From a virus, in IMG/VR virus record IMGVR_UViG_3300017729_000001, positions 1 to 64,000 of that record: 64,000 nt of DNA, one strand, 5' to 3'. Positions 37,137-48,600 of the stretch are shown piece after piece. The notes under the pieces are model-generated. The model saw nothing but the letters and a program-made list of their open reading frames with translations. It had not been told where the DNA came from and did not search any database. The number at the start of each line of letters is the position of its first letter. Position 1 is the stretch's first letter. The position numbers were made by a program, and so were the translations under genes.

Positions 37137-37740
37137 TTAATTTTTGTAGTTGCTCTTTTATTTTTCTGATACTGTTATAGTATTTACTAACAGTCGCACC
37201 CTCGTTATTAACTATGAAGTCATCTTTCTTTTCGTAAAGCATCTTGGACATTAAAACTTTTTTATCGAAAGAATCAAGTTTCAAATTATCTATTACCATA
37301 TTGACGCTGTATATTTCTTCTCTAGTGAAATGGTCGTTGCTACTTTTAAAAGACACTTTCCAATCTCTATGAGAATTATACTTCCTGACTTCCTTATCGA
37401 ACATTCTGTAGAAATTCCTAGAAAGTGACTTGTTGAAATAAAAATAAAAACAGTTCTTTTTATTTACATTAAAATTGTCTACACACTTCATCATTACTAT
37501 GAATGCTTCACCATACATTTCGGCTTCAAGATGACACCTTTCAGTCACTGATGAATTCCTAGCCAGATTGGAATAATTTTTAACATTCTTGATTACAATT
37601 TTCTTCATCAACTTGTACAGATTCAACTTGGATTGGTCAGTCTTCATCCTATTGCCGCCACGCTTGATCAACAACACGTATTTTGATGCTAACTTCCTAT
37701 TAAATTTTGGGTCATCCTTGTCGAATATGTCGAAATACAT
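37117..37740 (-). CDS. Sigma-70-like phage sigma factor
   Basis: Region-2-like EMYGEAFIVMMKCVDNFN...FYFYF...SRNF; C-terminal region-4-like L...D..VL...IRKIKEQL. Confidence 0.55.
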   Translation of the reverse strand: MYFDIFDKDDPKFNRKLASKYVLLIKRGGNRMKTDQSKLNLYKLMKKIVIKNVKNYSNLARNSSVTERCHLEAEMYGEAFIVMMKCVDNFNVNKKNCFYFYFNKSLSRNFYRMFDKEVRKYNSHRDWKVSFKSSNDHFTREEIYSVNMVIDNLKLDSFDKKVLMSKMLYEKKDDFIVNNEGATVSKYYNSIRKIKEQLQKLIDNGDI

Positions 37741-38079
37741 TTATTTGCCTTCTTTAAAATTTTTAATCAATGTCTTGTTCTTTTCGTATTTTTGCTCACT
37801 AATTTCTTTCTTGTAGTGTTCTTTAGACCTCTTTGCTAGTTGTTCATTTCTTTTAGCAACTCCTGACTTACCACTTCCTGTTCCTATCATTATGTTGGCG
37901 TTGCTGAAATCAACTTTTCTATTAATGTACTCTAACACTTCTCCATTCTCTGGGTTGACCAATATCTTGCCCCATCTATCCTTATAAAAAGTACCATCTG
38001 CTCCAAACCCAGTTGTGTACTGAGTGAAGTAAAATTCTTTTCCTGTCTTTGGACATCTAAATTGTGGTTTGCTTGCCAT
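37741..38079 (-). CDS. Hypothetical protein (Zn-ribbon-like N-terminus)
   Basis: FRCPKTG...NPENGE. Confidence 0.5.
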   Translation of the reverse strand: MASKPQFRCPKTGKEFYFTQYTTGFGADGTFYKDRWGKILVNPENGEVLEYINRKVDFSNANIMIGTGSGKSGVAKRNEQLAKRSKEHYKKEISEQKYEKNKTLIKNFKEGK

Positions 38080-38630
38080 TATACGTTTATTTTAGCTTTG
38101 AGCAAATGCAATATATGTAGCGCATCTGCTTCGTTATCATCCTTGCCTTCATATCCCCATAGACTTCTGGCATACTCAATCATCATCTCTTTATTAGCAT
38201 TCCCCTTACCTGTAGCAAATTTCTTAATCTCTGACGCTGAGAATTCAATGTACTCCACTTCGTTTTCAACGCAAGTCTTTTCGATTATTGCTATTAGTTT
38301 GGAAGAATGTATTATTGGGTTGATGTTTCTGCCTGATGGTAATTCATAGGCTATCACTTCAATGCTATTTTCACGGATGAATTTTAATAGCCTGGACTCA
38401 AAACGAATCCATTTCATTCCTTGACTCTCTTTACTCTTGATTTTTAAGTTCCATAGTTCCACGTTGACAACATCACTGTTAGATGTTTGAAAAGCAACCC
38501 CACATAAGGTTGCTTGGTCAAAAGCAGCAATATTTATTAGTGGCTGTTTTTTAGACAGCTTCAGTTGTTTTGCTCTATGTACCTTATCATCAATCTTTTT
38601 TTGTTTCGCTTTACTTCTAGTCTTGGCCAT
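38079..38630 (-). CDS. ruvC: RuvC-like Holliday junction resolvase
   Basis: AFDQA..CG, IAYE, IKKFATGKGNANK, DNEADALHI motifs. Confidence 0.8.
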   Translation of the reverse strand: MAKTRSKAKQKKIDDKVHRAKQLKLSKKQPLINIAAFDQATLCGVAFQTSNSDVVNVELWNLKIKSKESQGMKWIRFESRLLKFIRENSIEVIAYELPSGRNINPIIHSSKLIAIIEKTCVENEVEYIEFSASEIKKFATGKGNANKEMMIEYARSLWGYEGKDDNEADALHILHLLKAKINV

Positions 38631-40491
38631 TTAAAATCAGTTTACTCACCCCATTTACTTTTTCAATACAAACTTCATTTTCGGCACCAATTGGGTCATT
38701 TCGGTGAGTAACTACCATCGTGGTAACTCCTAGTGTTTCCAAAATATTTAGCACGTCTTTCTGTCCTGTCCTGTCCAGACCTTCAAAAACTTCATCTAGT
38801 CCTAAAAAGTTTAGTCCACCATTATTAGCAGACATATTCATTAGTTTTTGAAGACCTACGATACAAGCCAAATTGACTCTACCTTTTTCACCCCCACTGT
38901 ACCTCTCAAAACTCCCTTGTTTGATACCATCCCTGACGATTGATATAGTGATGTTTTCTCTCACGTCATTATTTTTCAAAACTTTGTAACCTTCAATTTT
39001 CACCGACAAATCTGTATTAAATTTCCTAAGATACGAATTTGTAATGTGTTCAATTGTCTTTATAGACTGATTAGTGAGGTATGTTAGAAAACCTTTTTTG
39101 GAGAAATGATATATCCAAAAGTTTGCTTCTTCACTAGCAATCAAATGTTTAGACAATTTATCATCCTCAGAATCTTTATCAGCTTTGTACTCTTTTAGTT
39201 TTGATTGGAGTGATTTTACTTTGGTATTATTTTTCTTTTCTTTTTCAAGTTTTTTTAGTTCTTCTTTAAAACCTTCAATGTTATTTTGAGCCATCTTATC
39301 CTTTTTGGATAGCATTTCAATATCAGTTTTCATCTGACTTATCCCTCCATTCAACTTTCTTACTTTGCTTGACAGCAAATCATTTTCTTCTAGTTGAGCA
39401 TTCAGATTTTTATTGTCGGCAAGATATTTTTTGTTTTTATCTATTATGCCCTCAATAAACTTTTCTGCTACCTTAACCATTTCAGGAATGGTTTTGATAT
39501 CTATATCCTCACCCTGATTCCATTCATGGCTACATTTAGGGCAAGTTGTAGTTCCTTTTAAAATTCTCTCCAGATGGTCAATATTATCTTTAGCCTCATT
39601 TATTTGTTTTTTGTTCTCTCTGACTATTCTGTTATTCTTATTAATCTTGCTTTCAATCTCAGTACAGTCAACCAAACTACTTTTTAAAATATCTAGCTTG
39701 GATATTTTCTCTTTTAAATCTTCACTCCAAGTCAATCTACGTTCCTTGATTGTTTCTATTTTATCAAGTTGGTCATCGATGTTGTCGTTGAGATTATTCA
39801 TCCTATCCTTAAATCTCTCTTCACTATTCGCTTTTTCATCGTCAATCTGACCTGTGGTTATTTCGATGTAGCTATCAATCTTGATTATAGACTTTTCCAA
39901 CTCGCCAATTATAGCAACTTGTTTTTTATTCTGAGCCTTTAGTGATTCAACTCGTTTTTCTATCACATCAGCATTAGTCAATCTGCTAATGATTTTCTTT
40001 TGCTCACTATCTCCAGCAGTAAGGAATGAATAATTTGAATCTTGCCCTACTATAAAAAAGTGAAGCAAGTCATCCCTCGTCACTCCTATCAAATCGAATA
40101 TCCTAGCATTACACTCGTTGACTGAAGTCATTTCGGTGTTCAACTCGCCATTTTCCCACAACTCTATTTTTGCCGACTTAGTTCTGTGTATCCATCTCTT
40201 TACCACTAGACTTTTTACATCACAAACAGCATTCTCTAATTGTAGTTCAACATAGCAAACATCTCCAGAATCATTAACAAATTCTGTTCTATTTACGTCA
40301 CGACAAGTTTTGCCAGTCAAGGCTAAAGTCACACCCTCAATTAAACCACTTTTACCACTCCCATTACTATCTGCTCCTGAATCAGTCATATTCCTACCGA
40401 ACAGCATTGTACACTTATTCTTTAGAAATCTATATTCAGTATCAACATGCGAAAATAGGTTTTCAATTTTTATAACTTTTGGTTGCCACAT
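38617..40491 (-). CDS. sbcC: SbcC/Rad50 (gp46-like) ATPase
   Basis: NGSGKS Walker A, Q-loop, CPKC zinc hook, YSGGE signature, LDEVFEGLD, VTH. Confidence 0.92.
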   Translation of the reverse strand: MWQPKVIKIENLFSHVDTEYRFLKNKCTMLFGRNMTDSGADSNGSGKSGLIEGVTLALTGKTCRDVNRTEFVNDSGDVCYVELQLENAVCDVKSLVVKRWIHRTKSAKIELWENGELNTEMTSVNECNARIFDLIGVTRDDLLHFFIVGQDSNYSFLTAGDSEQKKIISRLTNADVIEKRVESLKAQNKKQVAIIGELEKSIIKIDSYIEITTGQIDDEKANSEERFKDRMNNLNDNIDDQLDKIETIKERRLTWSEDLKEKISKLDILKSSLVDCTEIESKINKNNRIVRENKKQINEAKDNIDHLERILKGTTTCPKCSHEWNQGEDIDIKTIPEMVKVAEKFIEGIIDKNKKYLADNKNLNAQLEENDLLSSKVRKLNGGISQMKTDIEMLSKKDKMAQNNIEGFKEELKKLEKEKKNNTKVKSLQSKLKEYKADKDSEDDKLSKHLIASEEANFWIYHFSKKGFLTYLTNQSIKTIEHITNSYLRKFNTDLSVKIEGYKVLKNNDVRENITISIVRDGIKQGSFERYSGGEKGRVNLACIVGLQKLMNMSANNGGLNFLGLDEVFEGLDRTGQKDVLNILETLGVTTMVVTHRNDPIGAENEVCIEKVNGVSKLILNGQD

Positions 40492-40493
40492 AT

Positions 40494-40841
40494 CTATTTA
40501 TTTTTGAACTTATATCTTGGACTCAATGAGTATTCCTCAACTCTCTCTATAATTCTTAACTCTGTGACTTCAACTCCCTTTTCTGCTAAATATGATTCAG
40601 CATGCTTGATGGCTTTTACAGGTGACTTGAACATTTTTGGTATTTTCAATCCTGTAATACCTTCAGAAATTTGCCAGAATTTTAGTGATTTTTTATTTAC
40701 TTTGTGTAAGATGAAATCAAATTCTTCAAAGCCTTTAATCTTGACTCTTTTTGCTCCACCTACTTTTTGGAATGAATCCTTTTTTCTTATGAAAAAATTA
40801 TCTGATACTTTTTCATATTTACTCGACAGTCTTTTTATCAC
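40494..40841 (-). CDS. Hypothetical protein
   Basis: ORF between sbcD and sbcC; WQISEGITG motif. Confidence 0.55.
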   Translation of the reverse strand: MIKRLSSKYEKVSDNFFIRKKDSFQKVGGAKRVKIKGFEEFDFILHKVNKKSLKFWQISEGITGLKIPKMFKSPVKAIKHAESYLAEKGVEVTELRIIERVEEYSLSPRYKFKNK

Positions 40842-41877
40842 CTTTTAATATTTTTAGTCCAACACTCAGTTTCTTTTGAGGAATGGATTGAACTTTACAA
40901 TATTTCAAAAAGTGTTTCATAATCGTTTTTGAATTGAACTGAGTAAAGTTTTCACCCTCTACATTCACTACTCCATCAAGGTCATCGGTTGACTCAAATT
41001 TACAATCTATGCCAACATCAGTGAATCTACTTAAAGTAATCTTGTCCAAGTCAGTTTTATTGCCCTGAAATACAAATCTCACATAATCGTCAGAATCTGT
41101 ATAGAACTCTAATTCATTTTCAATAGCATCAGAATCACTAGCATCAATTACCACTTTTTTATATTGTGGAAAATTAGATTGCTTGTGTTCCAAACTTCCA
41201 TCATCGTATATTATCGTGAATCCTTTATCAGTGATATTTTCTCCGAAATTACCTTGGTACGCTGACCCTGTGTAGTAGATGTTTTGTCCTACCTTGCTAG
41301 CATCGTGATAATGACCAACCAATACCTTATCCCACCACTTTACTGAACTGGGTGCTACGCCCTCTGAAACCTCTGAACCATCGTTGTTTTTGACTCCGTT
41401 AAAAGCCTTGTGAGTGATTAAAATATTCTTTTCGCAACCTACTTTATCTTGTAAATCTTGTAGCTTCATTAATCTCTTCTCATAGGAATCTGTAAAGTAA
41501 GGAATCCAACCTATACAAATATCAGGAAAATCATCAAGCACTGTTATATTCTCATCTTTATAGACAACGAAATTTTCAGAATCAAATAAGTCTAAATAAC
41601 TATTTTCAGAATCTTGGTCTGTCTTATCATGATTACCAGGAATCGCCAAGCAAGTGATATTTCTTTCTTCTAGTTCCTTCACAATAGAATCCATCGCAAT
41701 TAAGGTTGCTAAGTTTTGCCCCACTCTATTAGTAAAGACATCACCGCCATGGAATATATGATTAACTCCTAGTTGCTCAGCCATCTTCATAGCTTGGCTG
41801 AATATATCCTTAACTTTCTTCAGATTGTCTTTATGCTTGTGTGTATCTGTTAAAAATACTGCTATTGGTTTCTTCAT
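40819..41877 (-). CDS. sbcD: SbcD/Mre11 (gp47-like) nuclease
   Basis: TDTH, GGDVF, PGNHD, ITH, GHYH, YTGS motifs. Confidence 0.9.
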   Translation of the reverse strand: MKKPIAVFLTDTHKHKDNLKKVKDIFSQAMKMAEQLGVNHIFHGGDVFTNRVGQNLATLIAMDSIVKELEERNITCLAIPGNHDKTDQDSENSYLDLFDSENFVVYKDENITVLDDFPDICIGWIPYFTDSYEKRLMKLQDLQDKVGCEKNILITHKAFNGVKNNDGSEVSEGVAPSSVKWWDKVLVGHYHDASKVGQNIYYTGSAYQGNFGENITDKGFTIIYDDGSLEHKQSNFPQYKKVVIDASDSDAIENELEFYTDSDDYVRFVFQGNKTDLDKITLSRFTDVGIDCKFESTDDLDGVVNVEGENFTQFNSKTIMKHFLKYCKVQSIPQKKLSVGLKILKGDKKTVE

Positions 41878-42944
41878 CCTCTCTCGTCAATTATTTGTTT
41901 ATGCCTCGCTTTCATAATTAACTTTGTCATAAGTGCTAACAATTTATCGCCATTCTCATATAACTCAAAAAGTGTTCTTTTACTTCTCCATTCCAACTTA
42001 CCTTTGAAAGATAAAATTGTTTTGGTTTTTTGTTCTATTATTCCTTGCTCTATTCCAAAATCAATGTCCTCATCTGATAGAACTATTCCATGACCCAAAA
42101 GAATCATTATGTCAGTTTTTTTCCTAGAACCAAAATCATTCTTAACAACTTTCACTCTACTTATTTGAGCCACTTCAACTTCATCTATTCTCTCATGACC
42201 TATCACAGCCATCTGTAATCTCAAGGTTGGAAAAAACTCAACCCACTTACCACCTCCTGAAGTTTTACCTCCCATTCCACTCATCTTATCATAAACGTGG
42301 TTCAGCATGATAAAGTGAATAGTTGTGTCGTACATTTCGGCAGTTATGAACTTGGCGAACATTTTTGCTTGTTTGGCAAACGCACCCATCTGGGCATGTT
42401 TTATTTCTCCTTGTTTACCTTTCTCCATAGCTTTCTCCATAGCTTTGGTATTAATCTCCATAGTGTCTAATTCAGCTTTAGCTAGTGTTGCTCCAAGTGA
42501 ATCCCACATGAAATAGAAAGATGGTTCACCCCATTCTTCTTCAGTGAATATTTCTTTAGTGTCGTTAATTATTTTCTTCACTTTCATGAACATATCCTCA
42601 ACGAATCTTATTTTCAGTATCACAACTTTCTCTGGGTTGATGCCTAGCTTCAAGGCATACTCTTTATTATCTCTATTTTCAGATGATAGAATGACTGCTA
42701 CTCCGTTCTCAGTACTATCTAAAAAGTATTTCATCCCCAGCAAACCTAGAGTGGTTTTACCAGACCTAGATGGTCCAGCAATCTCTATCATTCCTGTTGG
42801 AAAACCTAGAACACCAAGGTTGTATTCTAATTGTGGACTTCCAGTGAAAGCCCAACTTTTAATATCTTTGAAATTATCTTTGTCTGAGAATCTAATTACA
42901 TCCTCATTATCGAATCTTTTGACTAACTTGTCTGCTATTCCCAT
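41874..42944 (-). CDS. recA: RecA/UvsX recombinase
   Basis: GPSRSGKTT Walker A, WDSLG, TSGGG, VVKND motifs. Confidence 0.88.
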   Translation of the reverse strand: MGIADKLVKRFDNEDVIRFSDKDNFKDIKSWAFTGSPQLEYNLGVLGFPTGMIEIAGPSRSGKTTLGLLGMKYFLDSTENGVAVILSSENRDNKEYALKLGINPEKVVILKIRFVEDMFMKVKKIINDTKEIFTEEEWGEPSFYFMWDSLGATLAKAELDTMEINTKAMEKAMEKGKQGEIKHAQMGAFAKQAKMFAKFITAEMYDTTIHFIMLNHVYDKMSGMGGKTSGGGKWVEFFPTLRLQMAVIGHERIDEVEVAQISRVKVVKNDFGSRKKTDIMILLGHGIVLSDEDIDFGIEQGIIEQKTKTILSFKGKLEWRSKRTLFELYENGDKLLALMTKLIMKARHKQIIDERG

Positions 42945-42956
42945 ACTTGTATTTTT

Positions 42957-42990
42957 AAAAAAGGTGCCCAGAAATTAATCCAGACACCTT
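42957..42990 (-). terminator. Rho-independent terminator
   Basis: AAGGTGTCTGG...CTGGGCACCTT followed by T run. Confidence 0.65.
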
Positions 42991-43003
42991 ACTGTTATGC
43001 TTA

Positions 43004-44215
43004 TTATTTACCTTTCAATCTTGCTCTTATATCATCCATAGACATAGAACCAGATGTCTCTTGCTCATCTTCTTCATCCTCATCTTCATCCTCATCAGAA
43101 TCAGCGTTGCGAATCGCATCGGCAATATCTTCATCACTCATAGACTTCTTAACAACAATATCTAGTTCTTCAGACTTGATATGCTTTTTAAGTTCCATTC
43201 TACTCATACCTGAGAATTCATCCCCATCCTCTTCAGAATCTTCATCCTCATCTTCCTCTTCATCTTCTTCCTCTTCTTCAACAACTGGAGCAGGCTTTTT
43301 TGACTGCTTTTTCGGTGCTGGCTTTTCATCCTCATCCTCGTCATCCTCATCCTCAATTGCGTCATATTGACCTTTAACAGTCTCAATCGTATCTAACCAA
43401 GAATCATCATCGAACGCATCAACCTCAAATTTAGCATCAAAGAACTTTAAACCCTCCAAAGCAGTTTCAAATTGACTCAATCCGTAAACTCCGACATACA
43501 TTTCAGTAAGTGGTTTTGCTTGGTCAAATAAATCTAAATCTGAATCACTGATAGCAATAGCTTTTTTACCAACTTGGACATCGTAAAAGTCTTCACCTTT
43601 CTTTTTATTAGGCTTTGAGTTGTATCTAATTAACAACGGCAATCCGTCATCTACATCAGTGAATGGGTCAACCTCAATCGGCTCATCGTCATCCTCTACA
43701 AAAGTTGCTTTATTAATCGCATCACGAACAGTCTTTTTAAACGCTAGCAATCCGAATTCATTACCATCTTTCTGAATCTTTACGGCATAAGCTATAAAGT
43801 GATGTTGAGCATTCAATCCATCTTTCCAATGAGTCAATGCTTCAAGTGTATCTTTATCAGTAACATTCTTCTTACAGTAGTTTACATATTCCTGAATAAT
43901 ATCTCGTTTGGTTCCTCCATGTGCCCTAGAATCTAGCACAGTTCTTCTAATTTCTTCACCATCTTCATCTTCAAGAGTCAACCAATATCTCTTTCTCATG
44001 ATATAATAGTCAGCTCCATCGTGAGGTGGTAAAAGTCTAAATTTGTTCGTTGCTCCCTCTTTTATCTCTAAAAAATCAGAGCCACCTTGATTAACACCAA
44101 CCAAGGCATCTTCTTGTTGGACTTTTTTCTTCAGTGCTTCCAACTTAACTGGTTTGTACTTGTTTCTTAAATTCGCCATTTTATTTCGATTTTTATTAGT
44201 AACTATGTTAATCAA
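43004..44215 (-). CDS. gp32-like single-stranded DNA-binding protein (start probably MANLR, about 44179)
   Basis: FRLLPP, DPFTDVDDG..L.I motifs; long acidic tail; position between UvsY-like gene and recA. Confidence 0.7.
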   Translation of the reverse strand: MINIVTNKNRNKMANLRNKYKPVKLEALKKKVQQEDALVGVNQGGSDFLEIKEGATNKFRLLPPHDGADYYIMRKRYWLTLEDEDGEEIRRTVLDSRAHGGTKRDIIQEYVNYCKKNVTDKDTLEALTHWKDGLNAQHHFIAYAVKIQKDGNEFGLLAFKKTVRDAINKATFVEDDDEPIEVDPFTDVDDGLPLLIRYNSKPNKKKGEDFYDVQVGKKAIAISDSDLDLFDQAKPLTEMYVGVYGLSQFETALEGLKFFDAKFEVDAFDDDSWLDTIETVKGQYDAIEDEDDEDEDEKPAPKKQSKKPAPVVEEEEEDEEEDEDEDSEEDGDEFSGMSRMELKKHIKSEELDIVVKKSMSDEDIADAIRNADSDEDEDEDEEDEQETSGSMSMDDIRARLKGK

Positions 44216-44750
44216 TTTCGCCCTTTATTGCGCCATCTTTTATTTTGAAATATACATTATTCAGTTGCTGTTGAATAATCTTGTCATCAATGTCTCCTGT
44301 TCTCAAAGTCATACTCAACTTATCTAGCTTGTTTGACTTATCTCGTGCTGACTGATATATTGAATACATGTACTCTTTTTCTTTTTGTACATTCAACATT
44401 CTTTTTTTCTTAATCTTCCATTTAGCATGATTAAGCATAGCTGAGTCAACCTCGTCAATAGTTGGTCTTTTTACTTTGCCTTTTTCATCACTGAAAGTTA
44501 ATTCTTCACGCAACTCCTTTTTTAATTTAGCTTCAGTGATGCTTAAATCTAGTTTTGATTGTTGAAACTCATTATCCATATCGGCACATAACAATCCTAG
44601 CTTATTAACGACCACTGGAAAGGTGACAAGTTCCGCAACTAAATTATTGTAGTCAATGGATAATAACTTATCTAAGTCCACATCGTCAAACTCTTCTGTT
44701 CTAAAAAAGACAACCTTGTCTCCAATAGTGAATTTCATTTCTTTACTCAT
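44208..44750 (-). CDS. UvsY-like recombination mediator
   Basis: Helical protein with L.ID..NL..E...P and KRPT..EV motifs, next to SSB/RecA. Confidence 0.5.
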   Translation of the reverse strand: MSKEMKFTIGDKVVFFRTEEFDDVDLDKLLSIDYNNLVAELVTFPVVVNKLGLLCADMDNEFQQSKLDLSITEAKLKKELREELTFSDEKGKVKRPTIDEVDSAMLNHAKWKIKKKRMLNVQKEKEYMYSIYQSARDKSNKLDKLSMTLRTGDIDDKIIQQQLNNVYFKIKDGAIKGEID

Positions 44751-44775
44751 CTTCTTTTATTTTAGTCTTTTGACA

Positions 44776-45036
44776 TTACTCAATTTTTTCCTTTTTTGAA
44801 GAATCTTGATTCATATCAATCATTCGCTCCAAATAGTCTTTCGCCTTTAATAAGTCTGTCAGATTGTGACCTTTGGTTGAGTTGGGTCTTGTAAACCTGT
44901 CCAGGTATCTTTTAACATTTTCAGAACACCATATGTCACCACGTTCTTTACTTATTCTGTAGTTGGTTGATATCTGGTCGAACTCTCTTGGTCCATACTT
45001 ACTTCTGTTTGATTCATTTAATTCCTTAACGTCCAT
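44776..45036 (-). CDS. DUF3310/SaV-like protein
   Basis: NVKRYLDR...KG...DLLKAKDYLERMI motif. Confidence 0.65.
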   Translation of the reverse strand: MDVKELNESNRSKYGPREFDQISTNYRISKERGDIWCSENVKRYLDRFTRPNSTKGHNLTDLLKAKDYLERMIDMNQDSSKKEKIE

Positions 45037-45661
45037 ATTTTGTATAATTTAATGATGAAATATCTACAAGCACTTGTTCTTCAAACTTGCCTCTTTCTTT
45101 TAGAGCCTTAAAACACTTGCCTGATGCTTCTCTTATTTTCTCGACACAATAATCAAACTCCTTGTATAAATCTTTATTGCCCAATGTTATTTCTTTTTTT
45201 ACATAGAATAACATAGATAACCAATCAGCCAATTTTACGATGGTTTTAACCACTGGGTCATTATCTCCTAGCAGATACGACTTCAGCATATTGTTAGTTG
45301 GACTAAACTCCTTGAATTTAGTGCTTACCATATGGTGACAATAGTCATCAATCATTTCTTTTATCTTGTGTCCGTTGTACTTATTGTACTTCACATTATG
45401 GGTAATGTCGCCTGAGAACATTTCATCGAAATCGTGAAATATCGCATATGTAGTTACATCCAATTTTAGCTTTTCTTCACCCTCTGGAAACATCTCTTCA
45501 ACAAGTATTCTGGAGAACCAAGACACTATAAAGGAATGGTGAGCAACTGACTCGTTGTTTATCCTATTCAATCCATTCCACCTTACTAAATTATTCAACT
45601 GGTCGTAATCAGCGTCAGTGAATATGTCGTCAAAAATATTATTCATAATTTTAATTGTCAT
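45026..45661 (-). CDS. HD-domain 5'-deoxynucleotidase (YfbR-like)
   Basis: VRW, ESVAHHS, IFHDFDE..SGDI, VKLAD motifs. Confidence 0.85.
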   Translation of the reverse strand: MTIKIMNNIFDDIFTDADYDQLNNLVRWNGLNRINNESVAHHSFIVSWFSRILVEEMFPEGEEKLKLDVTTYAIFHDFDEMFSGDITHNVKYNKYNGHKIKEMIDDYCHHMVSTKFKEFSPTNNMLKSYLLGDNDPVVKTIVKLADWLSMLFYVKKEITLGNKDLYKEFDYCVEKIREASGKCFKALKERGKFEEQVLVDISSLNYTKYGR

Positions 45662-48600
45662 TTAATACTATTAACCTTGACTGCTTATTGAGCCATAGGT
45701 GATTATTTCCAGAGCCTTTTGCGTTTTTATTTTTCTGATACTTATTGGATAAGGCAAATCCATTTATACAAAATAACAACTTCTTGGACAATAGTTCTTC
45801 AAAGTCATCACTCATACTTTCCCAAATTTCTCCGAACACTCCTAAAAATAAAAGCACGTTGTTATTCTCTACTGTTATCACAACTCTATAATTACCACTT
45901 GACTTTGTTCTGTTTACTTTTATTCCTTGAACCACTCCAGCCACTGTTAATGGTGTTCCATTTGTTTCTGGCTTCCAAGGTTTGCCCTCTCTAAAATCAT
46001 TCAACTCAAAGTCTTTAGCAGTTGTGTATGGATACTTTTTTAATTTGCTAGACTTCTTACGAATCATCGGCATAAAGTCCACATATCCAAAACCAGTCAA
46101 CTCTCTCTGCTTAATGGCCCAGAACCAATTATTGTTATCTTTGTCCTCAGATGGAAACCCTTCAATATACTTGTGACCAGCTAGTTCGCAATGTCTCAAA
46201 AGTATGTGCATTCTTTGCTTCACTTCTCCTATCTCACACCCATTTTCATCTCCTATCTCATCAAGTGCTCCAGCCATGATTAAATGTTGTACAACTCGCT
46301 TATTCACTTTTGACTTCGGCACTCTTTTATAGAAATCTTCCAAGTCAAAAAACATACCATTCTTTTCCCTTTCTTCTAGTATGTTTTGAACAGCAATTTG
46401 CCCTACATTTTTAATTTTAGTAAGTGACCAATATATCGCATTACTATCAGAATCGGCAGTGAACTGAATATCCGACTTATTTATATCAGGTTGCTTTACT
46501 TTTATATCACCCCCAATTTTTTCAATCTCTGATAATCTATTAGGAATCTCAATTTTTTCATCGGCAAAGTTCAATGACGCTGTCCAAAACTCTAGTGGAT
46601 ATTTTACTTTTAAATATTGGCACCAATATCCCATAAGTGAGTAAGCAGCAGAATGCGACCTGTTGAATCCATAGGCTGAAAATGCGTTTAGTTTGTCCCA
46701 AATATCATTAGCTTCATCAGTGGGGCATCCGTTTTCATTCGCACCCTTCAAAAACTTCTCTTTGGCACTTTGCATCTTCTTATGGTCGAACTTTTTTATG
46801 GCTGTCCTTAATTCATCTGCTTCAGCTAATGTTAGTTTGCCTAACACGTTTACAGCTTGCATTATCTGTTCCTGATAGATATATAGTCCAAAGGTATTTT
46901 CAGTCACCTTATCCAACTTAAAATCATAAATAGGTTCAAGTTTTCCGTGCTTAATATCTACGAACTTTTCATGTGCCCTACTATCCATTGGACCAGGTCT
47001 AAATAAAGCATTCATTGAAATCAAATCTTCAATACCATCTGGCCTCACTTTTTTAGAATAGTTTTTCAATCCTGACGTTCCAAACTGAAATACATCTTCG
47101 TTCCAACCTCGTTTGAAGAATCGCATGACATCCTTTTTATCAATAGGAATCTTATTCAAACTAACTTTCTTGCCCTTATTCTTTTCTATTTCTTTCAGAA
47201 TGTACTTGAACTTATCTAGTTGTGCGATGCCCAAGATGTCCTCTTTTAAGAATCCAGCAGCATCAATGTATTTTCCCTCCCATTCTGATACTAACTGACC
47301 ATCCATCATCTTAATAGGCATCCAATCATGAATCTCCATCTTATTACCATCCCCATCGAATTTCGGCACGATTAAAACAGCTGATGGATGAATGGAACCA
47401 GACCTTGGTTGTCCAAGTGGTGCCTTTATGGCTTCACAAATATCTATATTTTTCTGTACAAACTTCTTCAAGGAATCTTTACCAACGCAACTTTTAAATA
47501 TATCAGACCACTCTGGGTTATGTGAGTCAGGAATTTCCCTTGTGGCAAAATTAACGTCATTAAAAGTCAACCCCTTTACTCTTCCAAAATCTTTTATAGC
47601 ACTTTTAGTTTTTAGCCTTGTGTATGTTCCTATCGAACAAACATAATTCTTTCCATACTTTTCTTCAATATATCTCTTTACATCTTGTCTTCTCTTACCC
47701 TCAAAATCGACATCAATATCAGGCAAAGCATCAGCCGACTTAGCACGCTCACCTGAAACCCTAGCTTTGTTAAGAAATCTCTCAAAAAGTAAATCATATT
47801 GAATAGGGTCAATTTCAATTATTCCTAGCAAATATGCTACTAATGAACCTCCAGCTGAACCCCTAGCTGGTCCAACTAGAATGTCTTGACTTTTAGCCCA
47901 CTCAACAATATCCCAAAGAATCAAAAAGTAATCTATAAATCCAGCACCTTTGATTACATCATTTTCCTCATCCACCCTATCTAAATAAGCAGCACACTTT
48001 TCTGAGTCATCACCGAACTTCATTAAAACCTTTTTTTGAAAGCCTTTCATGATTAAATCGTCATAAAGTTTTTCTGGGTCATCAACTTCAAATCTAGGCA
48101 ACTTATGGTTACCTGTGTCAATCTGGTAGTTACAAGCATCAGCAATTACTCTAGTGTTTGCCAAACCTCTTATGACCAAATCAAATTTATCTGGACTTGA
48201 ATTAAACATGGAAACAATTTTATCCACGATATCATCAGCATCTTTAAAGTATTGGTCAACGCTATATGGAATGGCTTTTCTGTCTATCTTGTTCAAGTAA
48301 TCTTTAGTTCCAAAATCTTGCTTCTCAATATAATAGGCATCACTTATCACGACAGGTTTGATTAACTTGCTGAAATTGTCAAAATAAGTCTTCAAATTAT
48401 TCAAATTCATCAAATCTAATTTATCATCATCGAACTCACTAAAATCAATCTGATAATATAAACCATTTCCGAAAAGTTTTTTGTACTTTTTTATGTATTT
48501 GATACCAGCTTTCTTGTCTCCACTTATCCTATTAAAATACCCTTGAGTTGGAAATACGCAAATAAGTCCTTCAGTTTTTTCAAGCAATATTTCTTCTGGA

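Noticed and set aside
43060-43360. TCA/TCT/TCC triplet-like repeats
   Set aside because: They encode the acidic Asp/Glu tail of the SSB; coding low complexity rather than a DNA repeat element
45026-45661. Z-genome (2-aminoadenine) system
   Set aside because: HD enzyme is DatZ-like only at family level; no PurZ in the window and the context points to thymine modification
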